From contig CAVWIH010000030.1 of NCBI GenBank assembly GCA_963755025.1, positions 87,490-151,489 of the forward strand: a stretch of DNA of 64,000 bases, in the 5' to 3' direction. Numbering within the stretch: position 1 is the stretch's first letter; the number at the start of each line of letters is the position of its first letter. The DNA comes from an uncultured Actinomycetes bacterium. GTDB taxonomy: Bacteria; Actinomycetota; Thermoleophilia; UBA2241. Below, in pieces: positions 9,382-19,206 of the stretch. A model generated the notes under the pieces. It searched no databases. It was not told the origin of the DNA and saw only the letters and a list, made by a program, of their open reading frames with translations. Both the position numbers and the translations under genes were made by a program.

Positions 9382-12123
9382 TCAGTAGGCCTGGATGTCG
9401 TCGTCCTTCATGGCGGCCAGGACCTTCTCGGGCAGCGCCGGCAGGTGCCGCACGCGGGCGCCGCAGGCGTCGTGGATGGCGTTGATGATCGCCGTGTGCG
9501 GCGACGTCAGCGGGGCCTCGCCGCAGCCCGAGGCGCCGTACGGGCCGAGCGGCCGCGGCGTTTCGAGGTACAGCACGGTGAGGTCGTCGGTGACGTCTTT
9601 GGGGTACGGGATGCCGCAGGCACGCATGTTGGTGTGCTTCTTCAGGTCGTCGAAGTCCTCGGTGAGGGCGAGGCCGATGCCCTGCGAGAGGCTGCCCCAC
9701 ATCTGACCGTCGACGTTCAGGCGGCTGTTGATGACGCCCACGTCGGTGCAGATGAGCAGGTGGTCGACGTGGGTCTTGCCGGTGGCCACCTCGACCGAGA
9801 CCTCGGCGAGGAAGACGCTGTACATCCAGTTGGGGATGGGGTGTCCCTGACCGGTGTTGGGGTCGATGAGCACGGCCATGGTCTGGGTCCAGCTGCCTTC
9901 GTAGCGCAGGTCGAGGCCCTCGGCCACCATCTCGGCGTGGGTGCGGTAGGTGCCGTCGTCTTTGGTCATCGCGGCGATCAGCTTCTGGCAGGCGTCGACG
10001 ATGGCGTGGCCGACGAGGACCTGCGAACGGCTGCCGCCGGCGCCGCCGCTGTCGGGGCAGTAGGAGGTGTCGTTCATGTCGAGGCTGATCTGCTCCATCT
10101 TCAGACCCAGCGGCATGAGCGCCTCGTGGGCCGTGCCCAGCGTGCCGCCGTCGGAGCCCTGGCCGTGGTCTTCCCAGGTGTTGTAGATGCGCACGCCGCC
10201 GTCGGGACGCAGCTCGGCGGCAGCGTTGGCGACGTCTTCGCCGTCGCCGCCGGCGCCGAAGATGCCGATCGAGATGCCGACGCCCTTCTTGATCTCGGGC
10301 GTGGAGTTCTCGGCCGTGCGCTTCTTGGCCGTGTCGTAGTAGGGCTTGACCATGTCGAAGAGCTTCTTGAACGAGTAGACCTCGTACTCCTGGCCCCACG
10401 AGTAGGTGGCGCCGGGCTCGGCGAGGTTCTTGTAGCGCAGCTCGAACGGGTCCATGCCCATCTTGCGGGCGAGCTCGTCGACGACGCTCTCACCGGCGAA
10501 GAAGGCCTGCGGCGAGCCCCAGGCGCGGAACGGCGAGCCCCAGGAGTGGTTGGTGCGCACCAGGTGGCCGGAGCCACGCATGTTGGGGATGTCGTAGCCG
10601 CCGCCGCAGAGCAGGCCTTTCTGCACGAGGTTGTCGCCGAACTCCATGTAGGGGCCGTGGTCGCACCACCAGTGGTTCTCCATGCCGAGGAACTTGCCGT
10701 TCTCGTCGGCGGCGAGCTTGCAGTGGTAGTAGTGCGGCGAGCGCTTGCCGGTGTAGGCGATGCTCATCCAGTAGTCGTACTTGAGGTAGACCATGCGGCC
10801 GGTCGCCATCTGCGCGGCGCCGAGCAGGGCCTCCATCGTGGGGCAGAACTTGTAGCCGAACGTGCCGCCGGTGGGGTTCTGGACCATGCGCAGGTTCTCG
10901 AGCTCGACGCCGAGGCCCTCGTTGATCATGGCCGCGTGGAAGTTGAGGGCGACGCTCTTGGAGTGGATCGTCAGGCGACCCGCGTCGTCGGTGTAGGCAA
11001 AGCCGCAGTCGGGCTCGAAGTACAGGTGTGGCTGGCGCTGCAGGTAGTACTTGCCTTCGGCCACGTGCGGCGCCGTCTTGAAGATGTCCTCGGTGTCCTC
11101 GCCCTTGATGAGCTGCTGGGTGAAGAACATGTTGGGCGTGCCGGGGTAGATCTCGATGGCGTCGTCGGCCATGGCGTCGAGGGCGTTCATGTAGGCCGGC
11201 AGCTCCTCGAGCTCGACCTTGACCTTGGGCACGGCCGCGCGGGCCTGCTCGATCGTGTCGGCGCAGACGATGGCCAGGGCGTCACCGTACTGGAACACCT
11301 TGGTGTCGCACAGGATGGGGCGCTCCCAGCCGTCGGCCTTGACGTCGTCGGGGTACATGACGAGGCCGTTGATGCGGTTGCGGCCCTTGACGTCTTTGTG
11401 CGTGACGACCTTGAACACGCCGGGCATCTTCTCCGCCTCGGAGACGTCGATGGAGAGCACGTTGGCGTGCGACACCTGGGCGTGCACCACGGCGCAGTGC
11501 AGCGTGCCGGGCGGCATCTTGAGCTCGAGGTCGGCGCCGTAGTCGAGCGTGCCGGTGACCTTCGGGATAGCCGACGGCCGCGGGAAGCGCGTGTTCCAGA
11601 TGTGGCCGTCCTCAGGCACCTTGTAGACGAGCTCGTCTTCGCTCATCTCGCCGCGCAGCACCTTGGCGGCGTCGATGACGGCGTCGACCAGCGGCTTGTA
11701 GCCGGTGCAGCGGCACACGTTGGCGTGCTTCTGCCACCAGTCGCGGATCTCTTCGCGGGTGGGGTCGGGGTTCTGGTCGAGCAGCGCCTTGGAGGAGACG
11801 ATGAACCCGGGCGAGCAGTAGCCGCACTGGGCGCCGCCGTGGAGGATCCAGGCGAGCTGCAGGGCGTGGAGCCGGTCGGGCGTACCGATGCCCTCGATGG
11901 TCGTGATCTCCGATTCGGCCGGCACGCGCTTCATGGTGGTGGTGCAGGCGCGCACGACCTTGCCGTTCAAGATCACCGAGCAGCAGCCGCACTGGCCCTG
12001 GCCGCAGGCCACCTTGGTGCCGGTGAGGCCCGCCTGGTGGCGAATGACGTCGGCCAGCTTCTCGGTCGAGTCGCACATGACGTTGGTCGGTATGCCGTTG
12101 ATGTTGAGAAGTTTCCTATCCAT
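9382..12123 (-). CDS. mop: Molybdopterin (MCD)-dependent aldehyde oxidoreductase, xanthine oxidase family, Mop-like
   Basis: 913 aa, intact. Two [2Fe-2S] motifs (GTKVACGQGQCGCC; QCGYC..CRCTGY), GGTFGYK, FRAWGSPQ, HGQG, GGSRS, GASGCGEAP (catalytic Glu). SD AGGAG. Confidence 0.95.
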   Translation of the reverse strand: MDRKLLNINGIPTNVMCDSTEKLADVIRHQAGLTGTKVACGQGQCGCCSVILNGKVVRACTTTMKRVPAESEITTIEGIGTPDRLHALQLAWILHGGAQCGYCSPGFIVSSKALLDQNPDPTREEIRDWWQKHANVCRCTGYKPLVDAVIDAAKVLRGEMSEDELVYKVPEDGHIWNTRFPRPSAIPKVTGTLDYGADLELKMPPGTLHCAVVHAQVSHANVLSIDVSEAEKMPGVFKVVTHKDVKGRNRINGLVMYPDDVKADGWERPILCDTKVFQYGDALAIVCADTIEQARAAVPKVKVELEELPAYMNALDAMADDAIEIYPGTPNMFFTQQLIKGEDTEDIFKTAPHVAEGKYYLQRQPHLYFEPDCGFAYTDDAGRLTIHSKSVALNFHAAMINEGLGVELENLRMVQNPTGGTFGYKFCPTMEALLGAAQMATGRMVYLKYDYWMSIAYTGKRSPHYYHCKLAADENGKFLGMENHWWCDHGPYMEFGDNLVQKGLLCGGGYDIPNMRGSGHLVRTNHSWGSPFRAWGSPQAFFAGESVVDELARKMGMDPFELRYKNLAEPGATYSWGQEYEVYSFKKLFDMVKPYYDTAKKRTAENSTPEIKKGVGISIGIFGAGGDGEDVANAAAELRPDGGVRIYNTWEDHGQGSDGGTLGTAHEALMPLGLKMEQISLDMNDTSYCPDSGGAGGSRSQVLVGHAIVDACQKLIAAMTKDDGTYRTHAEMVAEGLDLRYEGSWTQTMAVLIDPNTGQGHPIPNWMYSVFLAEVSVEVATGKTHVDHLLICTDVGVINSRLNVDGQMWGSLSQGIGLALTEDFDDLKKHTNMRACGIPYPKDVTDDLTVLYLETPRPLGPYGASGCGEAPLTSPHTAIINAIHDACGARVRHLPALPEKVLAAMKDDDIQAY

Positions 12124-12231
12124 GCATGGCTCCTGAGGATGGTGTTGCGGTCGCCGGCGGCGTGCGCAGACGCTGGTCGTCGGGCGCGCAGCGGCCCGGG
12201 TAGGGAACGGACGGGACGGCTCTGTGTGCTC

Positions 12232-13050
12232 TCACTCCTTCGCGCTCGGCAGACGGTCGCGCCGCACGGGCGCGCGGCCCGGCTCGGCGGCGACACGCGA
12301 ACAGACGCAGTACACCTTGCGTACGTATGGTTTCATGCCGGGCGTCGCGGCCCCGTGGCGCACCGCTTTCTCGACGGCGGCCGCGTTGCACGTGACGATC
12401 CCGGCGAGCGCCGTGAGAGGCAGATGGGCGAACGCTTCGGGCACCAGCGGCGTGCTCGGCCCCATGATGATCGAGCGCACCCCGGGCCCTGTGGCCAGGA
12501 GCAGCTCCTCGGCGCTTTCGTTTAGGAGCGTGGTCGCCGTCATGATCAGCACGTCGGTCCACGAACCCAGGCGGGCGCGGAACTCGAGCGGGTCGCCGAG
12601 CCCCAGCGACGAGTCGATGACGTCGAGCTCGACGCCGAGCTCGGGCAGCGCGCGCGCCAGCGGCGGAAAGTAGCCCACCATGGAGACGTGCGTGCCGGCG
12701 CCGATGTCGGCGAGCCGCAGCGAGAGGCTGAGCGGCGCGCCCGTGTCGTCGGCCAGGCCGCGCGCGCGGTGGTGCTGCAAGGCGTTGACGGTCGCGAGGC
12801 CGATGCTGCGCTGAAAGGGGTCGTCGCTCAGCAGCCGGTCGAGCAGCACGACGGCGCCCTCGCCTTCGACGTCGCGGTAGCCGTTGCCGTAGGAGCGCCG
12901 GTCCTTGTCGTCGACCCAGGTGTACGACAGCCCGAGGCCGCCGTCGCCGGTGGCGACCGCCGTGTAGCCCAGCCCCACGGTGAGTGACGCCACGCTCGTG
13001 GCCTCCGCCAGCGGCAGCGACTCGTCGTACAGGCGTTGCATCAGATACAT
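12232..13050 (-). CDS. DUF364 / Rossmann-like putative metal-chelating protein
   Basis: VGLGYTAV, SIGLATVNAL, VSMVGYFPPL, DVLIMTATTLLN, IMGPSTP. Confidence 0.85.
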   Translation of the reverse strand: MYLMQRLYDESLPLAEATSVASLTVGLGYTAVATGDGGLGLSYTWVDDKDRRSYGNGYRDVEGEGAVVLLDRLLSDDPFQRSIGLATVNALQHHRARGLADDTGAPLSLSLRLADIGAGTHVSMVGYFPPLARALPELGVELDVIDSSLGLGDPLEFRARLGSWTDVLIMTATTLLNESAEELLLATGPGVRSIIMGPSTPLVPEAFAHLPLTALAGIVTCNAAAVEKAVRHGAATPGMKPYVRKVYCVCSRVAAEPGRAPVRRDRLPSAKE

Positions 13051-13213
13051 GCGGCCCTCACTGGTCCCCCCTGGCGCGCTTGGCTTTGGCCACCTGTCGG
13101 TCGCCCATCAGTCAGACACGAGCCCGTGGCCGCGGACCGACAGACCGGTGGCTCCGCCAGGGAAGCTCACTTGCAGGCACATCGTGGTCGCCGCGCGGCC
13201 GTTGCATTCTAGT

Positions 13214-13237
13214 CGTTGTTTCCGCGCGAACACAACG
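13214..13237. promoter_or_regulatory. Candidate ModE-type operator overlapping the promoter of the DUF364-mop operon
   Basis: CGTTGTTTC-N6-AACACAACG (24 bp). Minus-strand -10 TAGAAT at 13206-13211 and a TTGTGT -35 within the box. Confidence 0.55.
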
Positions 13238-13279
13238 CGCCGCACGCTACGCAACGATGGCTCGGAGGGCTCCCCATTG

Positions 13280-13319
13280 GACAAGGCGGCGCGTCCCGTA
13301 CGGGACGCGCCGCCTTGTC
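13280..13319. terminator. Perfect 40-bp palindrome downstream of fdh, likely terminator
   Basis: GACAAGGCGGCGCGTCCCGT|ACGGGACGCGCCGCCTTGTC. Confidence 0.7.
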
Positions 13320-13437
13320 GCACGCGTTTCATGCCTGCGCCGCATGTCCACACGGGCGGCGCGTGGCGCGCCGCCCGGCGATGCGGCGCCGCTCAGCCGG
13401 GCGGCGCGCGATGCGCCGCACGGCGGAGCGGCAGTGC

Positions 13438-16152
13438 TCAGACGGCCGGCGCGGCGCCCGTGAGGGCGCTCTCGAGCTCCTTTTCGATGCGCACCGCGCA
13501 GACCTTGAACTCGGCCGTCTTGGTGACCGGGTCGAAGGCCGAGTTGGTGAGCTCGTTGACCGGCGATTCCTTGTAGTGGAAGGTCATGAACACGACGCCC
13601 TCGGGCACGACGTCGGTGACCGTCACGCGGGTGGCGATCGAGCCACGGCGGCTCACGACGCGCGCCGTGTCGCCCTCGGCGAGGCCCAGCCGCTCGGCGT
13701 CGAGCGGGTTCATCTGGGCGAGCTCGTGGGGCCGCAGCGCCTCGAGGTTGGCCGAGTGGCGCGTCATGATGTTGTAGTGGTAGAGCATGCGCCCCGTGGT
13801 GAGCAGGATGGGGTACTCGTCGGTGCACAGCTCGGCCGGCGCCTCGTACTCGATGCCCTGCAGCAGTCCCTTGCCGCGCGTGAAACCGGCGGCGTGCAGG
13901 AACTTGGTGCCCGGGTGCTCGGTGTCGGGGCAGGGCCACTGCAGCCCCACCTTGTCGATGCGCTCGTAGCTGATGCCGGCGTACTGCGGCACCAGGGTGC
14001 GCATCTCGTTGAAGATGTCCTCGGGCGAGTCGTAGTGCATCTCGTGGCCCAGGCGGCAGGAGAGGTCGGCGATGATCTGCCAGTCGGGCCGGCACTCGCC
14101 GGGCGCCTCGACCGCCTTGCGCACGCGCTGCACGCGGCGCTCGGTGTTGGTGAAGGTGCCGTCCTTCTCTGCGTAGCAGGCCGCCGGCAAGAAGACGTCG
14201 GCGTACTTGGCGGTCTCGGTCATGAAGAGGTTCTGGGCGACCAGGAACTCGAGGCTCTCGAGCGCCTTGCGCACGTGGTTGGCGTCGGCGTCGGTGAGCG
14301 CCGGGTCTTCGCCCATGACGAACATGGCCTTGACCTTGCCGTAGACGGCCATGTCGAGCATCTCGGGAATGCGCAGGCCCATCTTCTCGGGCATGGTCAC
14401 GCCGTAGGCGGCCGAGAAGCGCGCCCTGGCGGCTTCGTCGTTGACGCTCGGGTAGCCCGGCAGCGAGTTGGGCAGCGCGCCCATGTCGCAGGAGCCCTGC
14501 ACGTTGTTCTGGCCGCGCAGCGGGTTGACGCCGGCGTTCTCGACGCCGATGTGGCCGGTGACCATGGCCAGGTTGGCCAGGTTCATGACGTTGGCCGTGC
14601 CGGTGGTGTGCTCGGTGATGCCCAGGGTGTAGAAGATGCCGGCCTTGGGCGTGAGCGCGTAGAGCTCGGCGGCCTCGCGGATCTGCGCGACCGGCACGCC
14701 GGTGATCTCGCTGACGCGCTCGGGCGGGTAGTGCTGCACGACCTTCCAGAGGTCGTCGAAGTTCTCGCAGCGCTCGTCGATGTAGGCCTTGTCGTGCCAG
14801 TCGTTGCTGATGATCAGGTAGAGCAGGCCGTTGACCAGGGCGTTATCGGTGCCCGGCCGCAGGCGCAGCCAGAGGTGCGCGTAGTCGGCCAGCTCGGTGC
14901 GCCGCGGGTCGACCACGATCAGCTTGGCGCCGTTCATGGTGACGGCGCGCTTCATCTTGTTGCCGATGATCGGGTGCGCCTCGGGGGCGTTGGAGCCGAT
15001 GATGAAGAGCACGTCGTTGAACTCGATCTCGCCGATCGAGTTGGTCATCGCGCCTGAACCCAACGTGGCGGCCAGACCGGCCACCGTAGGAGCGTGTCAG
15101 GTACGTGCGCAGTGATCGATGCTGTTCGTGTTCAGGCCCGCGCGGGTGAGCCGTTGCAGCAGGTAGTTCTCTTCGTTGGTGCAGCGCGCGGAGCTGAGCA
15201 CGGCGAGGGCGTCGGGCCCCTCGCGCTCCTTGATCTCGAGGAACTTCGAGGCGACGAGGTCGAGCGCCTCGTCCCAGCTGGCCTGCTCGAACACGCCGTC
15301 GCGCTTGATGAGCGGCGTCGTGATGCGGTCGGGGCTCGAGATCATGTCGGTGTGAAAGCGGCCCTTGACGCACAGCGAGCCCTCGTTCACGGGGGCGTCG
15401 TAAGTTGGCCGTGACGCCGATCGACCTTGTCGTCGTGCACGTTCAGGTCGAAGTTGCAGCCCACGCCGCAGAACGGGCAGGTGGTGCGCACCTTGGTGCG
15501 GTCCCAGCTGCGCGTGCCCTTGAGCTGCTTGTTGACGAGCGCGCCCGTGGGGCACACGTCGACGCACTGGCCGCAGAAGCGGCAGAAGTCTTTGGCGAGC
15601 GGGTGGTCGAACGAGGTGGTCACCGTGGAGTCGAAGCCGCGGCCGGCGAAGTCGACGGCGTTGGTGACCTGGACCTCGGCGCAGACGCGCGCGCACTTGC
15701 CGCACAGGATGCACTTGTTCTGGTCGCGCTGGATGAGGTGGTTGTCGTCGTCGAGCTCGAAGTCTCTTCTTGGCGCCCTTGACGAAGCTCGTGTGGTCGA
15801 CGCCGTAGCGGTAGCAGTACTCCTGCAGCAGGCAGTCGCCGGCCTGCTCGCAGATGAGGCAGTCCTGGGGGTGGTCGGAGAGCAGCAGGTCGAGCACGGT
15901 GCGCCGCGCGTCGACGACGGCCTCGGACTCGGTGTGCACGACGATGCCGTCGGCCACCGGGGTGGCGCAGGCGGCCGCCAGGTTGGGCCGGCCCTCGATC
16001 TCGACGCTGCACAGGCGGCAGGCGCCGAAGGTGGTCAGGGTCTTGTCGTAGCAGAGCGCCGGAATGTCGATGCCGACGCTCGCCGCGGCGTCGAGAATGG
16101 ACGTGCCGGGCGGCACGGCGACTGCCTGCCCGTTGATCTCGAGCTCGACCAT
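13438..16152 (-). CDS. fdhF: Formate dehydrogenase alpha subunit, selenocysteine-containing, with N-terminal NuoG-like Fe-S domains
   Basis: GACRLC, CLIC, CILCGKC, CRFCGQC, TTCPFCGVGC, LCVKG; DHCART-UGA-HAPTVAGL in frame; LRGQNNVQG; TTGR; AEFKVCAV. Two compensating indels near 15765 and 15420. SD GGAGGG. Confidence 0.93.
15067..15099 (-). promoter_or_regulatory. Sec codon (UGA 15097-15099) and bacterial SECIS hairpin
   Basis: UGA + 11 nt + GGUGGCC-GGUCU-GGCCGCC, similar in spacing and loop to the E. coli fdhF SECIS. Confidence 0.88.
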
Positions 16153-16281
16153 CAAATCATCCCTCCGCGTCACCGGGAACAGCTTCAGCGCGCCGGCGAG
16201 CCGCATGACCGTCGGGCCAGACGGGTTCGCGCTCGGGCGGCGGCGGTGCGACTCGCTTCGCAACACCTCGGATTGTAGCCG

Positions 16282-16710
16282 TTATTCCGAAGACGGGCCA
16301 ACGCCCGGCGGCTCCGCGGGCGGCGGCTGCGGCGTCTGCGGCGCCGGCTGGGGCGTCTGCGGCGCCGGCTGCAGCCCCGGCCAGTCCGAGAAATGCGCGA
16401 GGAACAGGCGCTCGAGCTCGCGATCGGCGTCGGCGCGCAGCTCCTGGTAGCGCTTCAGGAGCTCCTCGCCCTGGGGGCTGAGCCGTGACCCGCCGCCCTC
16501 TTTGCCGCCCACCTGCCGCTCGAGGAGCGCAAAGCCGAGGCGCTCTTCGGCCGCACGCAGGCTGCGCCAGGCCTTGTTGTACGACATGCCGAGCGCGGCC
16601 GCGGCCTTGCTGAGCGAGCCTTCGGTGCGCACCAGGTCGAGGAGAGCGGCCGGCCCCTCGCCGAAGGCGCGGCCGTTCGACTCGAGCCACAGTCTGTAGG
16701 CGAGTCGCAT
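16282..16710 (-). CDS. modE: ModE-family winged-helix regulator (DNA-binding domain only)
   Basis: FGEGPAALLDLVRTEGSLSKAAAALGMSYNKAW..LLERQVGGKEGGGSRLS; no TOBE domain; PQPAPQT repeat tail. Confidence 0.88.
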   Translation of the reverse strand: MRLAYRLWLESNGRAFGEGPAALLDLVRTEGSLSKAAAALGMSYNKAWRSLRAAEERLGFALLERQVGGKEGGGSRLSPQGEELLKRYQELRADADRELERLFLAHFSDWPGLQPAPQTPQPAPQTPQPPPAEPPGVGPSSE

Positions 16711-16752
16711 GCGCGGGCCCCCGGTGTCGACGTTGTCTGGTCGTTGTCGCGG

Positions 16753-16848
16753 CGCGCCGGTCGCCGGGCGCGGGTCGTGGTTGAAGCGCGCCGGTCACGG
16801 GCGCGCTGGTCGCTACTTGAACGCGCCGGTCGCCCGGCGCTGGTCGTG
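16753..16848. repeat. Three imperfect 34-35-bp tandem repeats between lutC and modE
   Basis: Units start with CGCGCCGGTC at 16753, 16787 and 16822. Confidence 0.7.
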
Positions 16849-16857
16849 CACGAGAGC

Positions 16858-17565
16858 CTACTCCTCGGCGCGCCCCTCGGCGTAGTCCCCGGCGATCACC
16901 CAGACGAACACCTCGCCCGGGCCGTGCACGCCCACGACGTGGATGGCGGCCAAGTCCGAGGTGCTGCTGGGCCCGCTGATGAAGCTCACGCAGCTCGGCA
17001 GCGCGGGGCCTGCGCCGGGCAGCGCGCGCAGCACGTCGCCGATCGTCGGCACGATGCAGCGCTTCGCCACAAAGAAGCCCGCCGCCGGCGGCACGAGCGA
17101 GTAGCCGCGCCGCACCGCGGCGCTGCTGCACACCACCACCGAGCCCGTCTCGGCCACCGCCCAGTCGGCCCGGCTGAGGCCGAACGGCGCCTCGCGCGCC
17201 TCGAGCGTGTGGCGCGCCGCGACACCGTCCCAGCACAGGTCGGCCGCGCAGGCGACGGCGCCCCAGCCGCGCTCGGCGATCAGGCGCTCGACCCCCTCCT
17301 GAGCCTGCGCGAGCGACGCCACTTGGGCGACGGTCACGCCCAGCCCGGCGAGCCGCTCGACGAAGAGAGCCGTCGGGTCGGGCGCAGAGGACGCGACTCG
17401 ACGGGCGCGGCGGGCGCGGGCGCGGCGGGCGCAGGCGCGCTCGCCGCCGGCTTGCCGGCGGATGCGAGCGGCGCGTCCGCCGCGCCGGCCACATCCGGCG
17501 CGGGCGTGGCCGCATCCGGCGCCAGCCGCAGCCGCAATCTCTCGACGGAACGCCTCGCGCTCCAC
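16858..17565 (-). CDS. lutC: Lactate utilization protein C (LUD domain)
   Basis: [37 protein letters not shown] with SD just after the lutB stop. Confidence 0.85.
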   Translation of the reverse strand: MEREAFRREIAAAAGAGCGHARAGCGRRGGRAARIRRQAGGERACARRARARRARRVASSAPDPTALFVERLAGLGVTVAQVASLAQAQEGVERLIAERGWGAVACAADLCWDGVAARHTLEAREAPFGLSRADWAVAETGSVVVCSSAAVRRGYSLVPPAAGFFVAKRCIVPTIGDVLRALPGAGPALPSCVSFISGPSSTSDLAAIHVVGVHGPGEVFVWVIAGDYAEGRAEE

Positions 17566-17566
17566 G

Positions 17567-19206
17567 CTAGCCTCTCCCCGCTCCTGGTCGGTCGGCTCGC
17601 CGGGCGCGCCGACCGCCGGGACGCGGCGCCTGCCCACCGGGGCGCGCCTGCCCGCCGGGGCGCGCCCGCCCGCCGGGGCGCGCCGGCCCGCCGGGGTGCC
17701 GTCCACCGGGCGCGCCGGCCCGCCGCCGCGCGCCGGCCCGCGACGCCCACAGGGCGCGGAAGCTGCCGCGCTGCGGCGCCGGGAACTCGCGGTCGCGCGT
17801 CCAGGCGCCCAGCGGACCGCGGCCGCGCAGCGGCGCGCCGGCGGCCGTCATGAGCCGCAGCAGCGGCAGGGCGACGGCCTCGAGCGCGCCCCACAGGCGC
17901 GGCCGGCGGGCGACGGCGGCGAAGCCGGCAAAGCCGGCGCCCCACGCCGGCGCCACGAGGCCCTGCTCCACCGCGTCTTCGCGCAGCTCGCGGATGAGCT
18001 CGGCCAGCGGTATGCGCGCCGAGCAGACCTCGGTGCAGGCGCCGCACAGGCTGCTGGCGAACGGGCAGCTCGGCGTGGCAGGCGAGGCCGTCGAGCAGCG
18101 GGCTGAACACGGCGCCGATGGGCCCCGTGTAGACGGCGTCGTAAGCGTGACCGCCGATCTTGCGATAGACCGGGCACACGTCGAGGCAGGCGCCGCAGCG
18201 GATGCACGACAGCACCTGCTCGTACTTGCGAGCCCAGCATGCGCGAGCGGCCGTTGTCGACGATCACCACGTGCAGCTCTTCGGGGCCGTCGGCCTCGCC
18301 GGCGCGCCGCGGCCCGGTGAGGGCCGTCACGTAGGTGGTCGCGCGCAGGCCCACCCCGGCGCGGGGCAGCACCTTGAGGATGGCCTCGAGGTCGGGGAAG
18401 GTCGGCACCAGGCGCTCCACGCCCATGACCACCACGTGCGTGCGCGGCAGGGTGGTGACCATGCGGCCGTTGCCCTCGTTGGTCACCAGCACGACCGAGC
18501 CGGTGGCCGCCACGCCGAAGTTGGCGCCCGAGATGCCCATGTCGGCGGCGAAGAACTTCTCGCGCAGCGTGTCGCGCGCGTAGCGGGTCATGGCGTGGGC
18601 GTCGCCCCCCACGTCGCGGCCGGCGGCCTTCGAGAAGAGCGCGCGTATGCGGTCGAGCGGCAGGTGGATGGCGGGCTTGAGGATGTGGAAGGGCCGTTCG
18701 CCGGCGAGCTGTACGATGAACTCGCCCAGATCGGTCTCGACGACCTCGACGCCGGCCGCCTCGAGGGCCGGGTTCAGGCCGATCTCCTCGGTGACCATCG
18801 ACTTCGACTTCACCACGAGCCGCACGCCGCGCTCCTCAGCCAGGCCCACCACGTGGCGGCGCGCCTCGGCGGCGTCGGCGGCGAAGAAGACGTGGCCGCC
18901 GACCTTCTCGACGTTGCCCGCGAACTCCTCGACGTAGCGGTCGAGGTGGGCCAGCGTGGCGGCGCGCACGCGCGCGACCTCGTCGAGGGCGAGCGGCCAG
19001 TCGGGCGCCGCGCGCGCCGCGGCGCTCAGCGCCTGCACGTAGTCCTGGCCGGCGGCCAGCACCTGCTGCAGCGCGGGGTCGCCCAGGGCGCGCTCGACGC
19101 GCTCGTCGAAGGCGCGGCGCGAGGCGGCGCTCGCCTGCCGGCGCGGGGCGGCGCTCGTCGACCCGCCCGTCGCGGCGCTCGATGGCCGGTGCGACGCGGC
19201 GCTCAC
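17567..19206 (-). CDS. lutB: Lactate utilization protein B (Fe-S protein), frameshifted
   Basis: [68 protein letters not shown]. Confidence 0.9.

Noticed and set aside
9007-12525. 1172-aa plus-strand ORF and similar long antisense ORFs (e.g. 7326-9485, 13216-15057)
   Set aside because: Shadow frames of high-GC genes on the opposite strand; no motifs of their own.
13438-15099. FDH as a pseudogene or as two separate genes
   Set aside because: The UGA is in frame at the catalytic position and is followed by a SECIS-like hairpin.
16153-16275. Moco riboswitch in the fdh leader (also checked before modA)
   Set aside because: Hairpins are possible, but I could not match the conserved Moco motif elements; an Rfam search is needed.
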